This document shows, piece by piece, positions 9,916-17,599 of a DNA stretch of 64,000 bases (position 1 is the first letter of the stretch; each line of letters opens with the position of its first letter). Both the position numbers and the translations under genes were made by a program. The DNA is from Acidimicrobiia bacterium (lineage in GTDB: Bacteria; Actinomycetota; Acidimicrobiia; Spongiisociales; SHLN01). The notes beneath the pieces are model-generated. The model saw only the letters and a program-made list of their open reading frames with translations. It was not told where the DNA came from and searched no databases. The DNA lies in the NCBI GenBank assembly GCA_041609995.1, contig JBFIPU010000002.1, positions 3,733 to 67,732 on the forward strand. Direction: 5' to 3'.

Positions 9916-10016
9916 CACGTGAACACGGACACATGAACACGGACACATGAACACGGACACATGAACACGGACACATGAACACCGACACATGAACACCGAC
10001 ACATGAACACCGGGAC
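9916..10016. repeat. Seven tandem copies of a 14-bp unit (GAACACGGACACAT; last copies GAACACCGACACAT / GAACACCGGGACAT) in the aceB-ramB divergent promoter; the final copy contains the ramB-like ATG
   Basis: Read directly: ..acacgtGAACACGGACACAT x4, GAACACCGACACAT x2, GAACACCGGGACATtt.. Generates spurious repeat-derived ORFs on both strands (9651..10127, 9800..10018). Confidence 0.9.
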
Positions 10017-11448
10017 ATTTGGCCGAAGAGTTCGCCACTTCCGGAAGGAAGCGGGACTCACCCTCGAGGAATTGGGGGCGCTGGTCGGCAGGCCCGCACC
10101 GTACCTGTCCAACATCGAGACCGGCAAGCGGGAGCCGAAGCTGGGCGTAGTTCAGGACCTGGCAAATGCGCTGGGGATCAGCTCACAAGCGCTGCTGGAG
10201 GAGACCGCGCCCACCGAACGCGACCGCCTCGAGCTCGAGCTGGAGACGGCCCAACGCCATCCGTTGTATGCCGAGCTCGGCTTGCCACACCTCAAGCCCA
10301 CGGCCAGGATGCCCGACCTCGCCCTCCACCATCTGGTGGAGCTGTTTCGGGGGATGGTTTCGTCACGCGAGCTCGCCCCGGACGCGATGCGGGTGGCGAC
10401 GACCCAGCTTCGTTCCGAGATGGCGCGCCGCGACAACTACGTCGGCGAGATCGAGGACGTTGCCAGCGCCACGCTGGCCAAGTCCTCTTACCAGGGAACC
10501 GGGCCGGTGGCGCAAGCGCAGCTGTTGGAGATCCTCGATGCGTTCGGCTTCTCGATTGCCCGGGTGTCCGACCTTCCGCGGACGACGCGCTCGGTCGCCG
10601 ATCTCGCCAACCGAACCATCTACCTTCCCCAACGGGACGCTCTTCGGACCCGTGACGCCCGGTCTGTCCTGCTGCAGACCCTCGCCCATTTCGCGCTGGA
10701 GCACGTCGACCCCGAAGACCTCGAAACGTTTCTTCGTCAGCGTATCGAGGCCAACTACTTCGCCGGAGCGGTGCTGGCGCCGGAAGAGGCCGCCGTGGCG
10801 TTTCTGCGGGCCGAGCAAGAGGATCGGAACCTGTCGGTGGGCGATCTGAAAGAGGTCTTTTACGTGTCGTATCAGATGGCGGCCCACCGATTCACCAACC
10901 TCGCCACCCGCCACCTCGATATCCCGGTTCACCTCGTGCGGAGCGACGAGGCCGGGATCATCTGGCAGGTCTATGAGAACAACGGCGTACCGCTGCCCCG
11001 GGCGGCCGATGGCAGCGTCGAGGGCCAGCGGCTGTGCAAGGAGTGGGGAACGCGAGCTGTCTTCAAGTCACCCGACAAATACTCGCTTCACTACCAGTAC
11101 ACCGACACCACCAACGGCACCTACTGGTGCGCGTCGCACATCATCGTCGACAGTGAGCCGTTGCATGCGGTCACGGTCGGCACCGACTTCGAGCATGTTC
11201 GGTTCTTCCGCGGAAGGGAAACCGAGCGCCATACGGCCAGCGGGTGCCCGGACGGGCCGTGCTGCCGGACGCCTTCGCCGGGCCTGGCGGAGCGCTGGGC
11301 GGGGCACGTGTGGCCGTCCGTGATCGGACGCTCTCATCCTGGAGCACCGGTTCCTGGTGTCTTCGCCGGTGTCGACATGGTCGAGATCTACGAATTCCTT
11401 GAAACACATGCACAAGACGAGAATCAGATATCGGATCGGGTAGAGTGA
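10003..11448 (+). CDS. ramB: RamB/ScfR-like transcriptional regulator (XRE-family HTH + ImmA/IrrE-type DUF955 domain)
   Basis: N-term HTH GRRVRHFRKEAGLTLEELGALVGRPAPYLSNIETGKREPKLGVVQDLANALGIS. Long C-terminal short-chain-fatty-acyl-CoA-regulator-type domain. Divergent from aceB/aceA, the arrangement known for ramB-icl in Corynebacteriales. Confidence 0.8.
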   Translation: MNTGTFGRRVRHFRKEAGLTLEELGALVGRPAPYLSNIETGKREPKLGVVQDLANALGISSQALLEETAPTERDRLELELETAQRHPLYAELGLPHLKPTARMPDLALHHLVELFRGMVSSRELAPDAMRVATTQLRSEMARRDNYVGEIEDVASATLAKSSYQGTGPVAQAQLLEILDAFGFSIARVSDLPRTTRSVADLANRTIYLPQRDALRTRDARSVLLQTLAHFALEHVDPEDLETFLRQRIEANYFAGAVLAPEEAAVAFLRAEQEDRNLSVGDLKEVFYVSYQMAAHRFTNLATRHLDIPVHLVRSDEAGIIWQVYENNGVPLPRAADGSVEGQRLCKEWGTRAVFKSPDKYSLHYQYTDTTNGTYWCASHIIVDSEPLHAVTVGTDFEHVRFFRGRETERHTASGCPDGPCCRTPSPGLAERWAGHVWPSVIGRSHPGAPVPGVFAGVDMVEIYEFLETHAQDENQISDRVE

Positions 11449-11767
11449 TTCCTGCGTGACCACGGCGCGCGCTGCGTGGTGGTCTCGCATAACCCGAATG
11501 CCGGCGCCATTCCGATGCCGCGGCAGAAGGCTGATGCAGCGAGGGCAACAGAGCCGGGCAAGAAACGGGAGAAACGGTTACGCGTTGAGAGGCTGCGCAG
11601 CCATGCGGGGAAAAACCAGGCGGGTCAAGATTGGGCGGGGCACCCGGGCGCCAGCGAGCGCGCCATCGCCCACCCCCACCCCCACCCATCGTGATGATGC
11701 AGGGCTGAATGATGCAGGGCCGAGCGACGTTCCCGCAGGCGCCTTCAGCGGCATCTTCCAGAGCTGG

Positions 11768-12430
11768 GTGGTGGGTGTTTCCACGATCGCCATGGTCCTG
11801 CTGTTCTTCCTGGCTCGCGAGAGCCTCGAATCGTTGGCGATCGAGGACGGTCCCCTGGAGAATCTGACGGCGCTCCTCTATGGAGTGGCGACGGTGGCCT
11901 TCCTGGTGGCGGTCCGCCGCCGCAGCGCAGGCGTGGTGTGGCTCTTGATCCTGGCTGCCGCCTCGCTATTCGTGGCAGGCGAGGAGATCAGCTGGGGGCA
12001 GCGGATATTCGGCTGGTCGACGCCCGCCGGCATGGCCGAGATCAACGTGCAGGACGAGACGACGATCCACAACATTGAGGGTATCCACGGCAACATCCGG
12101 GCACTGGCGGTGCTGTTCGTCGCCGCCTTCTGCGTGTTGTTACCCCTGACGAATCGGTACCTGTCACCGTTGCGAGCCGCATATCGGCGGCTGGCGATCC
12201 CGATCTTTCCGGTGTCGGCTCTGCCCTGGGTCGCCATGGCCATCGGTTTCATGCTGGTGCCGCGCTTGGTCGCCGAGCACGTGGGATCCCTCGACGAGAT
12301 CGGCGAGACCGCCTTGGGTGTGGCATTTGCGATGTTCGGCTGGGTCTACGCTGTCAAACCCAGGATGCGGGAAGCGCCGCCGTCGATCGGATCGGCGGCC
12401 GATCCTTCGAGGTTCTCGCAGGCGAGCTAG
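11768..12430 (+). CDS. Hypothetical polytopic membrane protein
   Basis: Hydrophobic helices (..VGVSTIAMVLLFFLARESL.., ..VVWLLILAAASLFVAGEEISWGQRIFGW.., ..IRALAVLFVAAFCVLLPL..). The track ORF begins at 11456, but 11456-11760 shows poor GC3 bias, so a GTG start near 11768 was chosen. Start is uncertain. Confidence 0.4.
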   Translation: MVGVSTIAMVLLFFLARESLESLAIEDGPLENLTALLYGVATVAFLVAVRRRSAGVVWLLILAAASLFVAGEEISWGQRIFGWSTPAGMAEINVQDETTIHNIEGIHGNIRALAVLFVAAFCVLLPLTNRYLSPLRAAYRRLAIPIFPVSALPWVAMAIGFMLVPRLVAEHVGSLDEIGETALGVAFAMFGWVYAVKPRMREAPPSIGSAADPSRFSQAS

Positions 12431-12434
12431 CCGG

Positions 12435-12920
12435 CTAGTCGCGGAAATTCGTGTACTGAAGCGGGAGCGGCACGTCCATTTCTTTGACGGCGGCAATGGC
12501 GGTCTGGAGGTCATCGCGCTTCTTGCCCGTCACCCGCAGCTGGTCGCCCTGGATCTGTACCTGCACTTTCAGCTTCAGATCACGGACGTGCTTGGAGATC
12601 GCCTTGGCGTGTTCTTGCTCGATGCCTGAATTCAATCGAAACACGGCCTGCGACCGGCCCCCGCCGATTTCGGTCGGGTCGCCACCGCTGAGGGCCTTGA
12701 GGGACACCCCGCGCTTGATGAGCTTGCTCTGGAGGACGTCGATCGCTGCCCTGACCCGGTCTTCGGTCGAAGACCCCACGGTGATGGTGTCGTCGCCCAG
12801 CGAAAGGCTCGTGCCGGTGTTCTTGAAGTCGTAGCGGTTGACGACTTCCCGATTGGCCTGGTCGACGGCGTTGCGGACCTCCTGCAGATCGATCTCACTC
12901 ACGATGTCGAAGCTGGGCAT
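12435..12920 (-). CDS. YajQ-family (UPF0234) nucleotide-binding protein
   Basis: [33 protein letters not shown]..; ~161 aa from the ATG at 12920. Confidence 0.85.
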   Translation of the reverse strand: MPSFDIVSEIDLQEVRNAVDQANREVVNRYDFKNTGTSLSLGDDTITVGSSTEDRVRAAIDVLQSKLIKRGVSLKALSGGDPTEIGGGRSQAVFRLNSGIEQEHAKAISKHVRDLKLKVQVQIQGDQLRVTGKKRDDLQTAIAAVKEMDVPLPLQYTNFRD

Positions 12921-13003
12921 GCGGGCAGAATAGCCACCGGTCAGGAACAGTTTGTTGCCGGCCGCCGTTAAGAAAGTGCTTGCCACATGAAGGAGACCGT
13001 GCG

Positions 13004-13399
13004 ATGGAGAGCTTGACCGAAACCGAATGGCGCGAGCGCCTCACACCCCAGCAGTTCGAGGTACTCCGCAACGCTGCGACCGAACCCCCGTTCACGGGGA
13101 TCTACTGGGACGAGAAGGCTCCGGGTGTCTACAAGTGCGCTGGGTGCGGGTCGGAGCTCTTCGTCTCGGATACCAAGTTCGAGTCGGGGAGCGGTTGGCC
13201 CAGCTTCTGGGAGCCGATCTCCGACGACGCGGTGGCGCTGAAAGAAGACCGGTCCCACTTCATGGTGCGGACCGAGGTCGTCTGCGCCACCTGCGACGGT
13301 CACCTCGGACACGTCTTCGAGGACGGCCCGGCTCCGACCGGACTGCGGTACTGCATGAACTCGGTGGCGTTAGAGCTCGAAGCGGCCGAGGATGCCTGA
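13004..13399 (+). CDS. msrB: Peptide-methionine (R)-S-oxide reductase
   Basis: Two CxxC pairs (CAGCGSELF ... [16 protein letters not shown]) and the RYCMNS catalytic motif. Confidence 0.9.
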   Translation: MESLTETEWRERLTPQQFEVLRNAATEPPFTGIYWDEKAPGVYKCAGCGSELFVSDTKFESGSGWPSFWEPISDDAVALKEDRSHFMVRTEVVCATCDGHLGHVFEDGPAPTGLRYCMNSVALELEAAEDA

Positions 13400-13424
13400 G
13401 GGTGATGCATCCCCTCGCTGACGG

Positions 13425-13446
13425 GACCCCGTGAGCGTGCGGGGTC
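13425..13446. terminator. Putative bidirectional stem-loop (GACCCCG-tgagcgtg-CGGGGTC) between convergent msrB and the PRTase-RRE gene
   Basis: Perfect 7-bp GC-rich inverted repeat with 8-nt loop, read directly. No U-tract, so weak as an intrinsic terminator. Confidence 0.3.
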
Positions 13447-13448
13447 GA

Positions 13449-14600
13449 CTACGAATCGTCGGACTGATCGACCAGCAGCCCGGCGGTGATCAGCTGAGCG
13501 ATCAACTCATCGACGTCGGAACCGGCAGTACCGACGTCGATGTTGTAGGAGCTGACGACAGCGGCCACGGTTTCTGACCGCTCCCGCCCGTTCGCCACCT
13601 GGTCCCAGATGAAGGCAGAGGTTCCTGTCAGGCGAACAACCTGTCCGCCGGCCGTGTCGGCCACCACGACAGATTCCTCGTCCTGGGCGTACAGCGTGGA
13701 CGGAGCCAGCCGCATCCAGCCGCTCCATTCGCTGATGGTGCGGATCGGCGTATCGGTCGCCTGGTTCTTGAGACACAGCTCGGGCGGCACCAACCGCCAT
13801 CCGCTCTCGCTCGTATCGAGAGCTCGATTCCAGAATCGGATATCTGGCTCGTTCCACGGAAACACGACGTGGTCCGGTTGGCCGTCCCAGTAGCGGTCGT
13901 CGTGCTCGGTCCACCGCTGCTCCCAATCACCGTGGTCGTCCCCCAGCCGCTCCGGAGCGTGATCCACGAGGTCGACGCCACTCACCACCGAAACCACCCT
14001 GGGCTCGGCTGCAGTAATGGCGGACCGCAGCTGCGGGGTCGAGAACAGCGGCGCGAACACGATTTCACTCGCCTCGAGCCTCGCCAGATGACGCCGGAAC
14101 TGATCTCCCGAGTAGGCGACGTCGTCGAACACGACCAGCGGCCGGGCCTCCGCCTCCGGCTCCGGATCCCCTTGCCCGAGCAGGTACGACATGACCCCGA
14201 GCACGAACCAGCCGCCGCGGGGGATGGCACTCAGCGGCCAGTGCGTGATCCCAGCCCCCAACTCCTCACGCAATCGCCCGGCCAGCGAGCGGCAGGCAGC
14301 CTCGACGCCCGGATAGTCCACATAGCGGGTATGAGGCGCCACGTGGGCCAGCATCCAGTGCAGGGCTGTCAAGCGTTGGAGATCGGCTTCGTCGAAGCGG
14401 CCGGCGATGCCCGCGAGGCCGGTGGCGGGCCTCACCACGAGCTGCGGCTGGTTCATCTGCCGGAGAAGCGGGCTCGACTGGATTCCACGACACGCAGCCA
14501 CTGTTGGGGGCGCGCCGATCCTCTCGCTCATCGGTGAGAAGAACGCGAGGGCAGGGGAGAGGTCTAGAGGTTCGAGGTGTAGCGTTTGGGCTGAGGCCAC
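13449..14600 (-). CDS. Fusion protein: N-terminal type-I phosphoribosyltransferase-like domain + C-terminal PqqD-like RiPP recognition element (RRE); putative leader-guided lasso-peptide tailoring enzyme
   Basis: Central PRPP-loop-like motif RPLVVFDDVAYSGDQFRRHLARL. C-terminal ~85 aa (ESVVVADTAGGQVVRLTGTSAFIWDQVANGRERSETVAAVVSSYNIDVGTAGSDVDELIAQLITAGLLV) has the PqqD/RRE pattern. Begins 9 nt after the precursor stop. Track start is GTG at 14600; internal Mets at residues 24 and 48 are alternatives. Confidence 0.6.
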   Translation of the reverse strand: MASAQTLHLEPLDLSPALAFFSPMSERIGAPPTVAACRGIQSSPLLRQMNQPQLVVRPATGLAGIAGRFDEADLQRLTALHWMLAHVAPHTRYVDYPGVEAACRSLAGRLREELGAGITHWPLSAIPRGGWFVLGVMSYLLGQGDPEPEAEARPLVVFDDVAYSGDQFRRHLARLEASEIVFAPLFSTPQLRSAITAAEPRVVSVVSGVDLVDHAPERLGDDHGDWEQRWTEHDDRYWDGQPDHVVFPWNEPDIRFWNRALDTSESGWRLVPPELCLKNQATDTPIRTISEWSGWMRLAPSTLYAQDEESVVVADTAGGQVVRLTGTSAFIWDQVANGRERSETVAAVVSSYNIDVGTAGSDVDELIAQLITAGLLVDQSDDS

Positions 14601-14609
14601 CCGGGCAAA

Positions 14610-14747
14610 CTAGTTGCCCATTCCTTGCCCCATACCGCTGCCGAAGTTGGCGTCAAAGCCCGGGTTACTTGGCCCGTTCTGTGTGAGCTCGGCAATCGAG
14701 CCCAGCCGCTCCACCTTCGGTTTGGTGTATTCCAGCTTCTTGTCCAT
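14610..14747 (-). CDS. Lasso peptide precursor (45 aa), absent from the ORF track
   Basis: Hand translation of the minus strand: MDKKLEYTKPKVERLGSIAELTQ-NGPSNPGFDANFGSGMGQGMGN*. Leader matches the lasso consensus Y-x2-P-x-L/V-x3-G-x5-T-x with Thr at -2. Core has an Asp at position 9 (8 if Gly is residue 1) for the macrolactam. RBS AAGGGG 7 nt upstream of the ATG. Sits between the cyclase and the RRE-fusion gene on the same strand. Confidence 0.8.
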   Translation of the reverse strand: MDKKLEYTKPKVERLGSIAELTQNGPSNPGFDANFGSGMGQGMGN

Positions 14748-14837
14748 GTCTTACCCCTTGAAGAGCACTCTGTGTGTCAGGATCGACACTGTAAGTGTTC
14801 AGATTAGCGAGAACTTCGCGACCTGCAACCCCTTGCG

Positions 14838-16610
14838 CTACCAGTGATTGCGCAACCACAACTCGAGCGTCACCAGGGCCCAGAAATTGCTATCGAGGGG
14901 TCGGCCCTGACGGAATGCGGCGACGTGTTCGCGCACGCCTTGCGGTTGCGCGTATCCGGCCCGTACCGAGGACATGTCCGTCGTCAGATCGTCGAGCCTG
15001 CGGTTGGGATCGTGGCGAAGATGCTGGTCGAAGAAGGCCACCGGGATCACCTTCGCCAGGGGTTCCACCACCGCCGGAGGGGCCATGGTCTGCAGAGCGA
15101 GCCGGGTCAGGCGTTTGGGACAGCTCGGAGTCTGGACCAGGTGCTGGGGGATGCTGACCACGAGACGGGCGATCCGCAGGTCGCTCCACGGGTCGACCAT
15201 CCGTACGCCCCGGGCCGCATGCATGCGTTGGGACCAGGATGCCACCCGCATCTGAAATGGCGACAGAATCGTCCGCTGCCGTCGACCCGCAGGGCCTCCC
15301 AGGTCTGCGGGCGCGGAGAATCTGGTGAGGAACTGGCCCATGTTCGTCGCCTCTGCGAAGTCGGGGTTCACCCATGATTGCCAGGGCCTCTTGCGGTGCT
15401 TGGCCAGTTCCAGCCGGACGGGTTGGGGAAGCTTGTCCACGAGGAGGGGCCGTACTGCCTCCTTCCAGGCCGACGCCAAGGCCGAGCGACGACCGAATGA
15501 AGCCAGTTCAGACCATGTGCGGCGGATACCCAGATCGGTCAGCATGCCCGACCAGGCGTAGACCTCGGATCCCGTCATCAGATCACCCCGGTTGCCCAAC
15601 ATCATCGCCTCGACGCCTCCATCGGCCGCCCGGCCGACCGTCGCGTGCAGCAGCGGCTCGTAGTGGCCATAGAGCGGATCGTTCAAATCCGGACCCGCTG
15701 GGAATTCGGCCAGCGGCGGCGACGAGTCGGCGTCGATCTCGGTGACGGGGATCTCGAGCGCAGCCGCCAGAGGGTCGCTGAGGTGGCGCTCGTCCACCGT
15801 GGGAGTGGTCGGGAAGGCGAAACTGAATGCTCGCACCGACGTGTCATTCCGGACCTGGGCGGCGGCTGCTGCCAGCGACCCGCTGTCGAGTCCACCGCTC
15901 AGCATGATGCCCGCCGATCGCGGCGGCAGTCGTACTCGCACAGCCTCCTGGAGGAGGTGCGCCAACTCGGCTGTTGCATCGTCGGGGACCGCCCCCGGTT
16001 CGAGGTCCCAGAACCCGGCGCTCGCCACCCCCCGGGGCGAGACCGTCACTACGTGGCCGGGGGGGACCTGCTCGATCCCTTCGAAGAACGTCCACGTTGG
16101 GTCGAAAACGCCGCCCGCCAGATGTCCGGCCACTGCGCGCTCGTTGATCCTCTTGTCCACCAGCCCCGATGCCAGGAGATGGCTCGGCTCGGACGCAAAC
16201 GCCACCAGGCCATCCGAGTGCCAGAAGACCAGCGGACGCAGCGACATCGGGTCGCGGCCCAGGAGGATTGCCCTGGCATCGAAGTCGATGACCGCGAAGG
16301 CGTAGTCGCCCAGGCAACCAGAAGCAGCAGACGTTCCCAGCTTCTCATAGCCGGACAGAATCATCGCAGCAGGGGGTTCGTCGGCGTGGTCGAAGCGAGC
16401 ATCCGCCACAACTAGACGCCGCCCGTCTGCCGACCAGCCAAGGCCAGCAGACTCCCACTGGAGTGGCAGCGAATAGACCCGAGCCGATTCGTTGCCATCT
16501 GTGACCGGATCGCCATCGCGATCACCGGCCGCCGCCCGAGCCATGGCGGACACGGTTCCCGGATCAACGGGTCGACCGTTCAGGTCCACGATGCCGCCGA
16601 TTCCGGGCAT
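14838..16610 (-). CDS. Lasso peptide cyclase (asparagine synthetase B-like, C protein)
   Basis: N-term vestigial glutaminase-like MPGIGGIV..RPLVFWHSDGLVAFASE; PP-loop ATP-binding motif SGGLDSGS; 590 aa. Confidence 0.9.
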   Translation of the reverse strand: MPGIGGIVDLNGRPVDPGTVSAMARAAAGDRDGDPVTDGNESARVYSLPLQWESAGLGWSADGRRLVVADARFDHADEPPAAMILSGYEKLGTSAASGCLGDYAFAVIDFDARAILLGRDPMSLRPLVFWHSDGLVAFASEPSHLLASGLVDKRINERAVAGHLAGGVFDPTWTFFEGIEQVPPGHVVTVSPRGVASAGFWDLEPGAVPDDATAELAHLLQEAVRVRLPPRSAGIMLSGGLDSGSLAAAAAQVRNDTSVRAFSFAFPTTPTVDERHLSDPLAAALEIPVTEIDADSSPPLAEFPAGPDLNDPLYGHYEPLLHATVGRAADGGVEAMMLGNRGDLMTGSEVYAWSGMLTDLGIRRTWSELASFGRRSALASAWKEAVRPLLVDKLPQPVRLELAKHRKRPWQSWVNPDFAEATNMGQFLTRFSAPADLGGPAGRRQRTILSPFQMRVASWSQRMHAARGVRMVDPWSDLRIARLVVSIPQHLVQTPSCPKRLTRLALQTMAPPAVVEPLAKVIPVAFFDQHLRHDPNRRLDDLTTDMSSVRAGYAQPQGVREHVAAFRQGRPLDSNFWALVTLELWLRNHW

Positions 16611-16624
16611 GGTCTCAGACTAGG

Positions 16625-17599
16625 TTGCGCTCGGAAACCTGCTGGGCGGGAGCTATGAACGATTATCGGATCTACGGCCGCAATCTCCGGTCTTCATTCC
16701 GTTTCGAAAACCGGCTGCTCCCGGCTGCCGGCGAGCCCGAGCTCTATTTTGGGGCGGTGGCAGGACCGGCCTTTGACGCCTCGGTCCACAAACTGGTCTA
16801 TCAAACCGAACCGCCCATCTACGACGGGAAGGCCGAGTTGTACCTCTTCAAGGGAGACGACGAGTTCGTCTTTGAATTCACGGGCGCCAGCCGCTTCCAT
16901 GTGAAGAGTCAGGAGATCCTCTTCGAGGTCACCCATCCCGAGTATTCGTTTCTGACCGAGATCTATTTCCTGGGAATCATCATGAGCGCCTGGCTGGAAC
17001 TCCAGGGTGTCATCGCTCTCCACTCGGCGGCGGTGGCGGTCGGTGACAGGGCGGCGGGGTTCGTCGGGCTCAACCAGGCGGGCAAGAGCACGCTGGCGGC
17101 GTCCCTCATGAACAGAGGTCATGGCCTGATGACCGATGACGTGTTGGCCGTCGAGAAAGTCGAAGGCCGGTTCGTGGCCCACCCCGGCTATCCCCAGATG
17201 CGCATGTGGCCGGAAATGGCGATGGCATTCGGCCTCGATCCCGGGTCGCTGCCCAGGGTGCATCCAGAATTCGACAAAGTGCGCGTGCCGGTCGGGGAGG
17301 GAGGATTCGGGCGCATGCGCCGCGAGGCAGCAGAGCTCTCTCGCATCTATGTCGTGAACCGCGATGACCGTGCAGACGCGCCGGCGGTTCAACCGATGAC
17401 TTCGTCCGAGGCGATGTCCGAGTTGTTGCGCACCTCCTTCGCCGGTCTCGTGCTGGGGGGGATCGAGGTCAGCCACACGAGGTTGCCGGTCGTAGCACAA
17501 TTGGTGGGAGAGGTTCCGGTGCGTCGCCTGACGTATCCGGCCAACCGGTTCGAAGCGGCGTTGGAGATGATCGAGGAGGATGTGCGTGGCAGGCTATAG
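16625..17599 (+). CDS. HPr kinase/phosphorylase C-terminal-domain-like kinase (lasso-peptide kinase family)
   Basis: P-loop region LHSAAVAVGDRAAGFVGLNQAGKSTLAASLMNRGHGLMTDDV typical of HprK-like kinases reported in phosphorylated lasso peptide clusters. Start may be the Met at 16655. Confidence 0.7.
   Translation: MRSETCWAGAMNDYRIYGRNLRSSFRFENRLLPAAGEPELYFGAVAGPAFDASVHKLVYQTEPPIYDGKAELYLFKGDDEFVFEFTGASRFHVKSQEILFEVTHPEYSFLTEIYFLGIIMSAWLELQGVIALHSAAVAVGDRAAGFVGLNQAGKSTLAASLMNRGHGLMTDDVLAVEKVEGRFVAHPGYPQMRMWPEMAMAFGLDPGSLPRVHPEFDKVRVPVGEGGFGRMRREAAELSRIYVVNRDDRADAPAVQPMTSSEAMSELLRTSFAGLVLGGIEVSHTRLPVVAQLVGEVPVRRLTYPANRFEAALEMIEEDVRGRL

Noticed and set aside
9916-10016. Possible CRISPR array (short direct repeats)
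   Set aside because: Repeats are only 14 bp, directly abutting with no spacers, and no cas genes are nearby. It is a simple tandem repeat.
9651-10127. 158-aa and 72-aa minus-strand ORFs with CSCVGVHVSVFM-type internal repeats
   Set aside because: Their periodic amino-acid repeats are just the 14-bp DNA repeat read in frame; they are antisense to the ramB-like start.
11456-11767. 5' portion of the 324-aa membrane-protein ORF (MTTARAAWWSRITRMPAPFRCRGRR...)
   Set aside because: Third codon positions are frequently A/T here, unlike genuine genes in this window (GC3 >85%). It was treated as non-coding leader and the start was placed near 11768.
16694-17500. 268-aa minus-strand ORF antisense to the HprK-like kinase
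   Set aside because: No homology and Arg/His-rich; the plus strand encodes a protein with a clear HprK-type P-loop.
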